A stretch of DNA of 64,000 nt from Lama glama. Lineage: Eukaryota. Positions within the stretch are counted from its first letter, which is position 1; each line of letters starts with the position of its first letter. The translations under genes were made by a program, and so were the position numbers. Below are positions 12,095 to 24,119 of the stretch, one piece after another. The notes below the pieces were generated by a model that saw only the letters and a program-made list of their open reading frames with translations, was not told the DNA's origin and did no database searches. The stretch spans positions 33,418,001-33,482,000 of the forward strand of contig CM052832.1 of assembly GCA_028534125.1 (NCBI GenBank), given 5' to 3'.

Positions 12095-13508
12095 ATTGCC
12101 ATCAGGGGCTCAGGGGGCTCCCAGTGCTGTCTGGGTTTCAAGAATGAAGAGGAAAACGTTGGACCTTCTGAAGTCATTGCCTCAATCACAGGAAAGGCAA
12201 ATTCTTACTGCCGCACAGTCGGACGTCTGCCCGGAAAGGGGGCCGCCTGCCGGAAGGGCATTGCCCTGTGTTCTCCACGAGCGGTCACCTGGGAGTCGTC
12301 CAGATGGCTACACAAATACATCAGACCTGAGGCACCACTTTGGGGTCCAAATTGTCCAAATTGACTGTCTAACCAAGCTGCTAATTCAGAATGATGCTAA
12401 TTCACAGGAAAACTGTCAAAACTTCTGCCGCAGCTGTTGAAAGCTGGCCTCAAGTTTCTCAGTATTGTGAATGTTACGTGTAAAATGCACAGACACGTTT
12501 CTGAAGCGCGATAGACTTATTAACACATGGTGATGAGTACGTGGCTGAAATCCAACAGGAGCCTGCAGTGGTTCTCTGGGCCTGAGCAGCCAAGTTCACA
12601 GTTAACTGTTCAGTTTCGGACACCAGGCTTTGTTCTGATGGCCATTTAAGAAAAAAGCACTTGTTTTACTCAGGTCATATTTCCCTTCTTGAGATGATTT
12701 AAGAACTTTAATAAACTGTAGCCCGAAAACTCTCAGGATGTTTCCCCTGCTCTTCTGGGAAGAAGACAGAGATGAACCCAAGGCTGAGACTGAATTATGT
12801 TCCGAAAATCCAAAGGCCAAGAGGTCTGGCCAGCCCTCCGAGTGGAGCGGCTGATTTACAGCATCTCCAAAGTCCCCGCGGGTGTGCGATCACTTCTTGG
12901 TCCCACCGCCTTTGTAAATTGTGTGAAATTTAAGAATGTTAATGCAGAGATGGTCTGAAGCGCCAGCAAATACAATCAAGGAGCTTTACCCAAAACTCAA
13001 ACTTCCGCTTGCTGAGTGCCTCTAGGTGGAGATTGACTTTCATCTCCAGCAAACTAGGAACACTGAAGGCTTGCTGACCCCTTGGTGCAACTCCCTAAAC
13101 TGCTCCACAAAACTTCAGCTGTGTGATGCGAAACGCTTTGGTGAAAACCAACAAATTTTAAAGAACTGCCTGAGATGGACGTGGTGCTGAGCTGACTCAC
13201 CTCGGATGCCAAGATGCTTCGACGTTCTCCTCAGGCCTGGCATCCTCCCCTTTTGTGGGACTGTTTCCTCCCAGAGAGGTCCCAAGTAAGACCTGATTGT
13301 GCAGAGATAGACCACAAAGTGGGCTAATGGAAAAATAAGGAGATAATTCACTAGAAAATTAGGAAATTAATGTATGGGGAATGCATTCTGTCCTTCCCTG
13401 AGCATGAGGGAAAAGGGGAAATGGAGGAAATGAAGGGGTCTGGTTAAATGTTTTCAAAGTTACGTTCTGCAGAATCAAATTTTATTATGTTTTGACAGAC
13501 CCATTTAC

Positions 13509-13603
13509 CAGTGACTTTTTAGCATAATCTTTAAAGTTTGTGCTTCCAGTGCAATTCTTAGCACAGTCGCTTCCCAATTTCCTATCTTGTTTAACAGAGC
13601 AAA
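13509..13603 (-). CDS. Candidate exon E4 (95 nt) of a hypothetical minus-strand gene
   Basis: Good acceptor tattgctcactctttgcag| with branch-like CTCAC, and donor CTG|gtaaat. Phase 0-2 reading FALLNKIGNWEATVLRIALEAQTLKIMLKSH(W); alternative open frame CSVKQDRKLGSDCAKNCTGSTNFKDYAKKSL. Confidence 0.33.
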
Positions 13604-13759
13604 CTGCAAAGAGTGAGCAATAGTGACTTGGTGGTGACACCCAGGGACTGACCGGTGACCACAGACATGGTGGCCACAAAAAGCCATAAGAAATTCCCTG
13701 CTCAGTTTGGATTCACTTATTATTTATACTTTCGATTCCAAAATAAAAAGAATAAAACC

Positions 13760-13841
13760 AGAAACTGACCCTGCCTGTGTCAGGAGTGGGGACACTCATT
13801 CAATGACCACATGAGTACGTGTTAAATTACAATTGTAAAAA

Positions 13842-13884
<43 letters not shown>

Positions 13885-14700
13885 CAAGCAAGCAAGCAAG
13901 CAAGCTTCAGAGGAAAGGTTGAGGGAGCTCTGAGTCTTCCTACAAGGGGCTGACCAGATGGGGAGGTCGGGAAAGGACTCCGGGAGGAAGTCGGGGCCGA
14001 GCTGAGGTGTGAAGGAGACGGAGCAGTGGGAGTTCCTTAGGCAAAGCCAGAAGGAAAGTCTGGTCCAGGCAGAGGGACCAATACACCAAAGGGGCCCATG
14101 TCAGTGGGTGGGGCTGGGATGGGCCGGCCAAGGGAGCGTGGGACCTGCTGTGGGGCCGGAGCACAGGGTGCAGGGGGAAGACACTGGCGTGAGGCGACCC
14201 TGCAGAGACAGGCGTGGCCCAGCCACTCCAGGATTGTGAAGACCACGCGGGGAGCACGCTCTCCCAAGGGCAGCAGGAAGCCAGGGATGTGGCTCTAGTT
14301 TCATTAACAAGACTGTTCCAGCTGCAGGGTGGGAACTCTACCCAAATGGGCAACGGGGGATATAGGCAGAGTGGACCGCTGTGATGGTCTGAGGAGAGGA
14401 CCAGCCGACGGCCTGGACGGGGAGACGGGCTGGGTGCCGGAGGAGGAGGGGAGGAGCCGGAGGTGACTCCCGGGGTGCTCAAGTGTGCCCCAGGTCATTG
14501 GTTGGCGGTGCCACTCATCGGGATAATGAGCTGAGCAAGTGCGAGGCTTTCAAGGGAAAACCTGACTTTGGTGTTGGCCACGTTCGAACTGAGCCACTCT
14601 GAGAGTTCTCCGAGGAACTCTCAAGCGGGCAGGGGGTCCACAGGCCTGGGTCTCAGAGGGCGGTCTGGGCCAGAGGTAGGCACGATGACTTACATGACAT
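13760..14700 (-). mobile_element. LINE-2 (L2a/b) fragment
   Basis: Typical antisense L2 text: 'gggaggtcgggaaaggactccgggaggaagt..gagctgaggtgtgaagga', 'caggcagagggaccaatacaccaaagg', 'ggcggtgccactcatcggga', 'ttggccacgttcgaactgag', 'gcctgggtctcagagggcggtctgggccagag'. Confidence 0.8.
13837..13904. repeat. Compound microsatellite (AAAG)11(CAAG)5
   Basis: Directly visible tandem array. Confidence 0.97.
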
Positions 14701-15429
14701 GGTAAAGGTTAAGCATGAGCACAGCTGGCGTTACTAGTCTACTTGCAAACACGATGCCGGGAACAAGACTGAAAGTAATAAAAAACATCTGGACACCTCT
14801 AGCTGATATCAATCACTCCCAACACGGATCTCCCCAGCCCGCTCCCCCAGCCTTGGCACTTCATCACAGCTCCCCGAGGCCCCTCATCCGAGCTCCGCTG
14901 AGAAATGTTTGACTCCGGGTCTCACACACTAGAGTCACTGTCTTGGTTCCCAGTTGGGACAACTGGGGTTCTTTTTCAGCAGCAGCTCCAGGATACTGGT
15001 CCCTTCCACAGCCCCAAGAACTTGGGCCGCCCTCCATCCAGAGGACTCCTCCTGCCCCTCAGAGGGCTGGGCGCGGGCTGAACAGAGAAATACGGCATTT
15101 ATTGGACAGCATACAGCCAGGTCACACTCCTTGCCCAAGAAAATGACAGTTTTCTAGGCTCCTGCTGTCTCTTCTGACTTTCTTAACCACTCTCCCCCTC
15201 CCTGGTGGTCAGTAGCTTCAATCTGTGTTATGCATTATGTTTTAAGATTGCAAAAACTTTTCAGAGCATCCGAGACTCACACAGACTTTATTCTGGAAAG
15301 AGTTTGGCATTTTTAAATCTAAGTACATCAAGTACTAGTTTTCGATTTTTTTTACTTTAAAAACCTTTTGAAAAGGTTTATAGACAAATGAACAAAACTA
15401 AAATTTACCTACTGATGGTTACCTTTTTG

Positions 15430-15600
15430 ATCGATCTGAATTTAGGGCTAATTCTTCCTCTTTCTTCACTTATGACCTTACGGAAGTCACTCAGTCTCTT
15501 TGGACCTCAGTGTCTCTGTCCATAAAATGGGAATATTAGTACCTGACTTCAAAGGATGGTTTAAAAAATTACAAATCTATACAAAGTCTCTTAGATCACA
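15430..15600 (+). mobile_element. MIR SINE
   Basis: 'tatgaccttacggaagtcactcagtctctttggacctcagtgtctctgtccataaaatgggaatattagtacctgacttcaaagga'. Confidence 0.85.
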
Positions 15601-15736
15601 CATAAAATCCATCATTTTACTTTATATGAATGTAAAATACTACTGCTAAAATTTTCAAAAACCTTTTACTGTAACTTCATTAATGTCTATTCCTTCTCGA
15701 AATGATGTATCTAAAATCCTTTTATAGTAAGTACCC

Positions 15737-16332
15737 TGTGATTTATGCATTAACTTGGCTGGGCCACTGAGGAGCCGGGTATTCGGTCAAACATTTTCCT
15801 GGGTGTGTCTGTGAGGGTGTATTGGGGAGAGATTAACATTTAATTCAGTAGACTGAGTAAAGTGGATGGCCGTCCCCAGCGTCCGGGGACCTCGTCCGAC
15901 CCACCGAAGGCTTGAAAGCGCAAAGATACTGAATAAGAGAGAATGCACTCCCCCTGCCTGTCCTCAGGCTGGGACACTGGTCTTCTCCTGTCTTCAGACT
16001 TGGACTTGGACCAGAATTTACACCGTCAGCTCTCCAGGGTCTCTCCGCCGCCAACTGCAGGTCTTGGCTTGTCGGCCTCCATGACTGTGTGAGCGGATTC
16101 CTCACAGTAAGTCCTCCCTCCTAGAAGTGGCGAGATGGTGGAGGCGGGGCGAGAGAGGTAACCCATCCTAGACAGGTGACAGTGACAGATAATGGGTAAC
16201 ACAGACAGGTGATGGAGGGATAGAGGGACAAGTGACGGACAGACAGGTGACAGAGGTCCAGCGATTGACCAGTAGATGATAAATCGATGTCCATCCCTTT
16301 GGTTCTGTTCCTCGGAGATCCCCGACCGGTAC
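15737..16332 (+). mobile_element. MLT2 (ERVL) solo LTR, MLT2B/D-like
   Basis: Begins 'tgtgatttatgcattaacttggctgggcca..ggtcaaacattttcctgggtgtgtctgtgagggtg..gagattaacatttaattcagtagactgagtaaag' and ends 'ttggttctgttcctcggagatccccgacc'. Contains an internal decayed GATA/GACA run at 16160-16290. Confidence 0.9.
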
Positions 16333-17677
16333 CCTCTCCTTCGAGGTGCAAGCAGTCAGGCCGCCCGGACTGTCTCTGCGAGAGCTTGTGACTGAAGGAG
16401 CGTGGTCTGCGGCGTCAAGGAGCCAGACATGTAACGCTCATAAACCGTGTGTCCTGTCCAGTCATCCAGGCTCTCGGAGCCTAATCTCCTAAGACCCCAA
16501 CAGCAGAACGAGGCGGCTGGTACCACGAGCTGTCAACTGACGCAGTGCCTCTTCCCTTTCTGCATCTGTCTTCCCCAAGCCCCTTATGCCGTGTGAGCGT
16601 CCACACCTTGGAGAGCGCTGTTGCCCAACGCTGGTGGCCATGGGGATGGCGCCGAGCAGGCACACGGACGGGTAAAAAGCATTCTCCCTGTGAAACACAA
16701 TTTCTGCACGTGGTGCTGCTCGCCTCCCAGAGGGAGTGCTCTCACCCTCACGGCCCCGAGGCAATTCTAGGTCATGAAAACATGAAACACGAGAGCTGTA
16801 TTTCAGAAAATAATGTCTAAATGATTTTTAACTCCCAAACCAGTCCACTCTCGCTGCAGGCCCGCCCCCTCCCTGGTGAAGCCAGCAGCTGGGGCTCCAT
16901 GTGCCACCCAGTGCCCGGCCCACGCCGGCTGCAGCCACAGAGCCAGAGCCCTCGGACAGCCCTCCTCCCACCGTCCCTGCCACCACGGCCCTGTCACTCC
17001 TTTCTTCTCTCTGGGGGCTCCATCCTTTCTCCTGGAAGCTTTTTCCAGACAGCAGAGCAAGAGGCCTCGTCCTTGGAAGGCGCTCCCCGCAGCGTGGCTG
17101 GCTGAAACCCGGGCTCTTTATGGCTCTGACCGTATCTAAGCGCCCACGGCCCCGTGGGCAGACCGGTTGTCTGTGGGAGGGCACTGCTGTTTACTTGGGA
17201 GAAACCGCCCCCCCGTGCCAGGAGTCGCAAGTACTTCCCCCTGCTCAAAGGTGATTTCTTTGGGGCACTTTGGCACTAGCCAAATTTGTAGATGGGTTTT
17301 TTCTTTTGAGTACCAGCCTTGAACCATAAATGGGAACATGTTGGTATATTCCTGCACTCCCAAGAGGGCTTGAGATGGGATCTGCCTGGAGCAAAGGAAA
17401 GGAGCCACTCTGGGGACAGCGAGCTGCCCTCCTTCGCGTTGTTACTGCAGGAAGAGCAGAACCCGAGCCGACGGGGACGGCGCCGGCCCTGCCCACACGG
17501 GGGCGCAGTCCCAGCGCCTGCCCTCTGCGGTGGGGGGGGGGCCGGGCCGCTGCCCTGCGGCTGACCCTCCCCTGGAGACATGACTCAGTGTCTCCTCCAG
17601 GGGGACCGTGCGTGCATTTCAGTGTGTCGCTGCGGCCTGTCCTCTCAACAGCCTACCCGCTCGTCAATAAACGTGAA

Positions 17678-17855
17678 GCTGCTTGATGGCGCGGAGTTTC
17701 AGCTGGGAAAGGTGAGACGTTCGGAGGTGGGTGGTGGTGATGGCTGCGCCACGGTGCGACTGCCCCTGCGCTGCACGCGGCCAAGTGGGGAGAGCAGTCA
17801 CTGTGTTGTTACGGGTACTTTACCGCAAGCAAGCAAGCAGGCAAGCAGGCAAGCT
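17678..17855 (+). mobile_element. L1MB-type 3' end, strongly GC-shifted, with (CAAG/CAGG)n tail
   Basis: 'gcttgatggcgcggagtttcagctgggaaaggtgagacgttcggaggtgggtggtggtgatggctgcgccacggtgcga...gttacgggtactttaccgcaag' parallels the L1MB end (compare 44951-45110). Confidence 0.75.
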
Positions 17856-20800
17856 ACACTGTCAGCGGCATTACATTATGGTCGCTCCCACGGCCACCGG
17901 TGTCGAACGCAAGCTATCTCAGTGCCCGAGAATGGCTGTAGGTGACGGCCCCCAGGCGACCGCCGACGGGTCCGCCGCATTCCCTGCGCTGCGCTCGGAT
18001 CTGGTGGACGGCGCTTTTCTCTTCCCCACGCGCACCCACAGAGTCCGCCCGCCTGCTCCTGCGCGGGGAAACACGCACACAGCTACCACGCGATGAGAGA
18101 AATGAGAGGCTAAGTGCACACATGGAGGACGGGAGGCAGCATTTTTCAGACATATGTACAGAACTAAGCTGAACATCAACCCTTTGCTCCTGGAGACGGT
18201 GGCGGCCGCCGTCAGGTGCCTTGGAGCTCGTACGTCATTCAGGCTTCTCAGGAGGCTGCTTAAACTTATTATTTGCTGCTCAAAATCCTCCAGAAACCAT
18301 TAGCTTGTATTACATGTAAGGCCACTAAATTCTTTCCTAATGACAGAGTCATTCAAAGTGGCTCATTTGAAAGACGCACAGCTAACTTTACACCAGGGAG
18401 GCTTTACAGAGAAACGAGAGCTGGGCGGTGCCTTCTCCAAGTGCCCCTCTCTCAATCACCACAGCAGGACTTGTCCTGGGCCTCTGGGGAGGGAGGCTAC
18501 ACCGGCGAAAGGCCACGCTCCTCGTCTTCTCCTTGGCTCCAGGACTCTTAATGGGACGCCCAGGACCAGCTGTCTTGCTTTTGATTTGTGGCAGCTTAAG
18601 ACTGTCGATCACCGCAGACAACAACGGTCGTATATCACGTTTATAAACCGCCTTTCAGCCCCAAACGCCTGGCAGTCACAGAGAAATTACGTCGACCACT
18701 CTCCCTTCGTGTAGCTCAAGAAATCCTCGAAGAAATGATGGCTTCCTACCAGAACAGCGCCAGTGGGACACGGACGCAGGTGTCACTGTTACCCGTGGAA
18801 TGGGCCACACTTGTACGGAGCTTTGTTTACACATTCCCATCTGAACAGCACAGACCATAAGAGCGGAGCAAATCAGACCTACTTGAGAGACGAACACACT
18901 GGGGACCGCCTGGGGCCGGGCCTGCGGCCCGCTCTCCCTCTCCTGGCTCTGTGCCTGCCCAGTCGCCCGCACTGAGGGTGTCCTGGAGGCCTGGCTGGCC
19001 CGAAGGCCCTCAGGGCCATCTTAGCACCCCCGGGCGGCCCACGGTTCGTCCTCTTACACAGGAGCACCTGGCCCCCCGAGCGACTGCGCCTGGCGGTGGG
19101 GGGCGGCGGGAGGGGAGGCTTCGCTCTCGGATCCAGAGGCAGAACCTGGCGCCACTTGCCCCTCTGAGTCGGGAAACTAAAGGACCCGTTGTCACCATGA
19201 CTGATCTCTAGTGAGCACTTAGCACGCGCCCAGCATCAATCCTTTCCATCCTCGCCACCATCCTGTGGACGGATAACGTCTGGGAACCGAAAAATGGAGC
19301 CACAGGAGGCCAGGGGCTCGCACAGCTCGGCCTCGCCGAGCCCGACTCTGGACCCAGACGGCGTCTTTGTCTTCTTACCCACATCTGCCCCCCGGTCTCC
19401 ACCCAGACACACGTGCACCTACCAGAGCACCCCGTCCTATTCCCTGGACAGCAGGAGCGGGATGGGTGTCCACACACACACACGCGCGCTCCCCTGAGCC
19501 TCCGACGCCTGGGAGGCCAAGGAGAGAGCGCTCTGTGACTTGGTGTGTGTCTGCCCACGTGCACACGGGGCCGCAGGAGCTCAGGGCGCAGACACCCGGA
19601 CCCACAGTGTTTTGAAGACGATCCCACCTTCTGAGGGTCCCAGGGCTGGTCCGTCCGCAGAGGCGGAGCCGGGCTGAGCCCGGGGGCTTGGAATGCTCGT
19701 TGCTCCTCCGGCCGGCGCCCGCCCCCTCCTTCCTCGGCCTGGCCCACACCAGCTCATCCTGTGGGTCTCACTCAGCTCAAAGGGTCTTCCTCTAGAAAAG
19801 CTCCCAGACTCCCGGGGGCAGCTCAGCCCCACCAGGCAGCAGGCGACAGGGCGGCAGACTGTTACAACAAAGACAGAGGAGGAAGCGCCTCAGACTGTCG
19901 GGACAAGCAGGGCGGCTGGTCTCACGTGAGGCGGCCGGCGGAGGGGGCGGCCTGAGCGTCTGCGTCCAGCACGCAGGTGGGAGGACCACGTAGGGCACGT
20001 GGCGCAGCTGCCCGGTGCTGTCACGCGTCTGCCTTGGACGCATCTGCAGTGACATCGAGACCCGAGTCTCTTGGTCCTTTGTCTCGACTTTTGGCCAGAA
20101 GAGTGAGTGCTGGAGGTTGTGTAACTCAGAGGTCAGCTGGGCTCGCCAGGGCCTCTGGGCTCAAACAGCGTTGGCTGAGCCTCCTTCCCACATCCTGTGG
20201 GAAGGCTGGGGCCCGGCCCGAGATTCCTGTAAACTCCGTGGGGGTGGCATTCCCTGGGTCATCTCAGGTTCCAATTTCCTGTCCCGCTGGCCTCGAGATG
20301 TCACGCCCAGCTCACCTCTAGGGACCGCCCTCTGTCCACCCAAACCCGGCCAGCGCCCCCTCCCCTGACTCATCAGACTCCACTCTCAAGGGTCGGTGGG
20401 TGTTTAGGAGACCTTTACTCAGACTTAAAGAGCATGGGGATGGGGTGCACACAGCGCAGCACAGCAGACGGTTCCAGGCGAGAGGCCAGCCCCGCTGCCA
20501 CACCTGTCCCCAGGGGCGTCGCAGCCGCCGACCTTCTCCGCTCCCCCCCAGCCTTCCTCGTCTGGCCTCGGCGCGTTCTCGCTGCTGCTGCTGGTGGTGG
20601 TGGTGGTCTCCCCTTTACCTTCCTGTTCTTTTCTGAGCCCGTGAGGTTTCTCCCGGACCTTCCTGGCCCTGCCCTCATCTCCACAAACAAACTTGCCTGT
20701 TTAGATATATTCGTAAGGAGAAACTCTGCAGACAGTCCTCAGAGTGATAGCTTCCCCCAGCGTCCTCAGAAGGAGCGACGATGACCCTGGTATCAAGACA

Positions 20801-22239
20801 GGGGTGGAAGAGTAAGCAGGCAGCGCTGGACGAAGGGTGAGACGGGGTGGGGATTCAGGCTGTCCCTGGCAAGTGGTGAGACCAGGCAGACAAGCCGCCG
20901 TCCCGCTGGCCCATAAAACATCACCAAGCACTTCAGGGCATGTGCGGGGCCTCGGGCACAACAGGACGGCAGCCCACCCTCACGTGCCCCCTGCCCTGGA
21001 CAGCAGGCGGGAGACAGCCTGCAGCTGTAAGACCCGAGAGACGCCCCGAGACCAGCACCCTCCCCTGACCCTCCGGTCGGAAGGGCTGGGGAAACGTCGG
21101 GTCTCCAGAGCCGAGCCTTCCTCCCTCTGCACTGGCCTCTTCCACTGCCCACCTAGGAAACGGGAGGAAGGACAGAGATCTCAGGATCCAAGCCTAACAC
21201 TCCCAGGCACGTCTGTTTCTACCCCTGCCCCCCGAGCAGTCGGTCCATGTCCCCCGTCTCCCAACACACGGGACAGCTTTGCTGAACCCACAACCCAAAT
21301 CCCCCTCTAACTTCTGCATTTTGTTCGGGCGTCTGCTCCTCTCCCGGTGAGCTCAGCTCCTGCCCCTGGGAGACCACAATTCCTCTTCCTCAATCACGGT
21401 TGCCCCATTTTTCCAGAGAGGGAAGCCGACAGAGGGGGCACCTTTGGAGTTGTCCCCTTCTCCTCGGGTGGTACCCACATCTGGACCGGTGCCCAGGCTG
21501 GGCAGCCATCTGCCGCTGGCCGCAGGGTGTCAGGACAGGCAGGAGGAAGGGCCGGGCCCCGAGTCTCTGCTGAGCTGGTCTTCTGAGATAATAAAGCACT
21601 GAGTTGTTCCAACCAGTGGGAGCGGGACCTTCCGTTATTTACGACTGGAAGCAACTTAGCTAACACACCCAGAGCACAAGAAGTGTCTCTGCGAAAGGCG
21701 TCCTCGTGCTCGACGTCCGTGCTCTCAGCAGAAGCGGTGGGGCACCTGGGGCCTGTCTGATAGCGGGCAGGGCACTCGGAGCATTTCCTGGGTGGGGCAG
21801 GGATGGCAGACGCCCTGCGACGCACAGCGCTCCACAGAACCATCTCACATTCCGAGAGGCTGTAGACCCTTCTGGCGTCCAGCCGCGATGCCCCCTCCCT
21901 CGGCACGTGTGGATACAGAGTGGTTCTGCACAGGCTTCATATACGACCACCACGTGGATCTGGGGACCCTTCGTTCCTTCTGTCGTTCGGGACTATAACC
22001 AGCCTCGCGCACTGCGCCGGTCACAGAGCCGTCTGCGGTGTTTTTCACCCGTGTTGGTCTGCCTGCACACGGTGGCACTCGGCTGCCTGACACGCCCGTC
22101 AGCCCCCTCACGTGTTTTCTGGTGCAGAGCTACCTGAACATTTAGCGGCTGATCGTTACACCGATTTAAAAAATACATTTGTAGGTGGGCTGTGCTATCT
22201 ATGAATCCCTTCCGCGGGGCGTGCAGAATAAAGTACTTT

Positions 22240-22360
22240 TAAAAAGAGATGATGGTGGTGATGGTTTCACAGGCAGCGTACACAAAACTGGTCACACTGT
22301 GCGCCCACAACGTGGACCATCCGTGCTCTTCCATTACCCCCTCCGCGTGAAGCCGCAGAA
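22240..22360 (+). mobile_element. L1MC/ME 3' end fragment, GC-shifted
   Basis: 'ggtggtgatggtttcacaggcagcgtacacaaaactggtcacactgtgcgcccacaacgtggacca...cattaccccctccgcgtgaagccg'. Confidence 0.55.
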
Positions 22361-23008
22361 GGGCAGGGCCTGGGGTCTGAGAATTGAGAGCGGCTGGGTT
22401 AGATGATCTGCGAGTTCTCTTCCAAATTCTGAGAGCTCACGGAACCACTTTACACCTGTAAGTTCTTAATTTGGGTTGCTGAATTTTTCAGCTTTGGAAT
22501 TTGCTTTTCTTTTTTGTGGGCATAGTCTGTTTTCTAGCAAAATTCTCAGCATTGCCTCTTGTCCCCCTGAGCACAGCTAGACCAGTTCCATTACAATGTG
22601 TGTTTGCATTCTATTCTCCAGCTCCAACTGGCTAAGCGTCAGGCCCCTCACTCTGGGTCTGGACCAGCACACGTGACAGAAACGCTTCCTTCTTGGTCAT
22701 TTGAGGACAGTCTCCTTCCCTCACCGTCACCCAGGCCCGTGGACTTCAGGGAGCCGTCTGCGAGAGGAACGAGTAGCCTCAAGCGTCTCGGGCACAGCGC
22801 GGCCTTGCCCGCGGTGGCCCTGAGAGGCCATGAACTGTACTGCCAAGAGCTGCAGGAGACCGTGCTCACTGTGGGACCTGGTAACACATCCTCGTTTGAC
22901 AGATGAGGGGAAAAAATGACCCAGAATGAAAACAAAGCCACACACATCACCGCAGAACCCCCAAACAGTGATGAGGCGAGGAAAACCCGCAGCGGCCACA
23001 GCGTCCGC

Positions 23009-23314
23009 GTGCCCAGAGAGGCCCGGGCGCCCAGCAAGGTCCATGTGCCCAGCGAGGCCCGTGTGCCCAGAGAGACCCAGGCACCCAGCGAGGTCCATGT
23101 GCCCAGCGAGGCCCGGGTGCCCAGAGAGACCCGGGTGCCCAGCGAGGTCCATGTGCCCAGCGACGTCCACGTGCCCAGCGAGGCCTGGGTGCCCAGAGAG
23201 GCCCAGGTGCCCAGTGAGGTCCACGTGCCCAGTGAGGCCCGGGTGCTCAGCGAGATCCACGTGCCCGGCGAGGCCCATGTGCCCGGCGAGGCCTGGGTGC
23301 CGGGCAGGACCAGG
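23009..23314. repeat. 18-bp GC-rich minisatellite, ~17 units (consensus GTGCCCAGCGAGGYCCRN)
   Basis: Visible tandem units; translates as VP(S/R)E(A/V/T)(R/H) repeats. Confidence 0.95.
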
Positions 23315-24031
23315 TGAGCGGGGTGCCCAGGGCTGCTTTGCCCCAACGGCTCAACACCATCCCAAGGGAGGGAGGTGGTTCCTGAGGGAAACAGGGGTGG
23401 GACTGTATGTGGACAGTTTTCTGTGCTATGCATTTTCTTTCCCCAAACACAGAAGTTTGGAGTCGTTATTTTTGCATTGAAGCAGATCTTTTAATTATGA
23501 AATTTAACCTGTTTGGTGGCTGGATGTGGCCAGAGGAGGGCTTTTAATTTTTTTTAATGTAGCGTGATTAGAAAAATCACAGGATTTATCCCAGATTCTA
23601 TTCAGAGAAAAGAGAAACCAACACAGCTAGTTTGCCTGGCAGTCGTGACAAAGAATAAAGTTATTACTAAGTTTCACTCCTTTAACTTGGTGCTTTCAAG
23701 ATACTAGATACAAAAATGTTATGTGAACTACACAGTTTTATGCTTTTTAATTGTGATTACGTTTGGAGAAATAAAGGTCTTTAGCTCATGGACTCCTAGA
23801 TTTCATACATAAGGAAAAGTTGGAAACATTTTGAGAAATCGATATTGGACTGACACATCTTTATTTTGCCAAGTAAAAAATATTTTTAAAATCCCATTAT
23901 TTAAAATCACGAACACCTCGTAAGAGGAAGAAAAATGTCACCCTGTGAAATCATGAAAGTATATAACAACGTGTTATCAGAATAAAGCCCAGGACCAGAA
24001 ATTTTACAAATTTAACTTTAGGGATATTTAC

Positions 24032-24119
24032 CTCATATTTGTTTTTGCCACAGGTGAGTGAAGATTTTGTTACAGACCTGGGTTTAGGAATTGAATGTTT
24101 TACTGAGACATCGCTCTGA
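24032..24119 (-). CDS. Candidate exon E3 (88 nt) of a hypothetical minus-strand gene
   Basis: tttatttctggcttctgaaatgccacag|TCAGAG...TATGAG|gtaaat. Only one frame is open (phase 2-0): QSDVSVKHSIPKPRSVTKSSLTCGKNKYE. Confidence 0.3.

Noticed and set aside
20581-20607. (GCT)4(GGT)5 as a polyAla/polyGly coding tract
   Set aside because: Short simple repeat with no exon context.
23009-23314. Possible CRISPR-like repeat array
   Set aside because: Head-to-tail units without unique spacers, in mammalian DNA with no cas genes.
22648-23480. 261/184/183-aa ORFs with LGTW-S or C-ARP repeats
   Set aside because: Translations of the 18-bp minisatellite in different frames.
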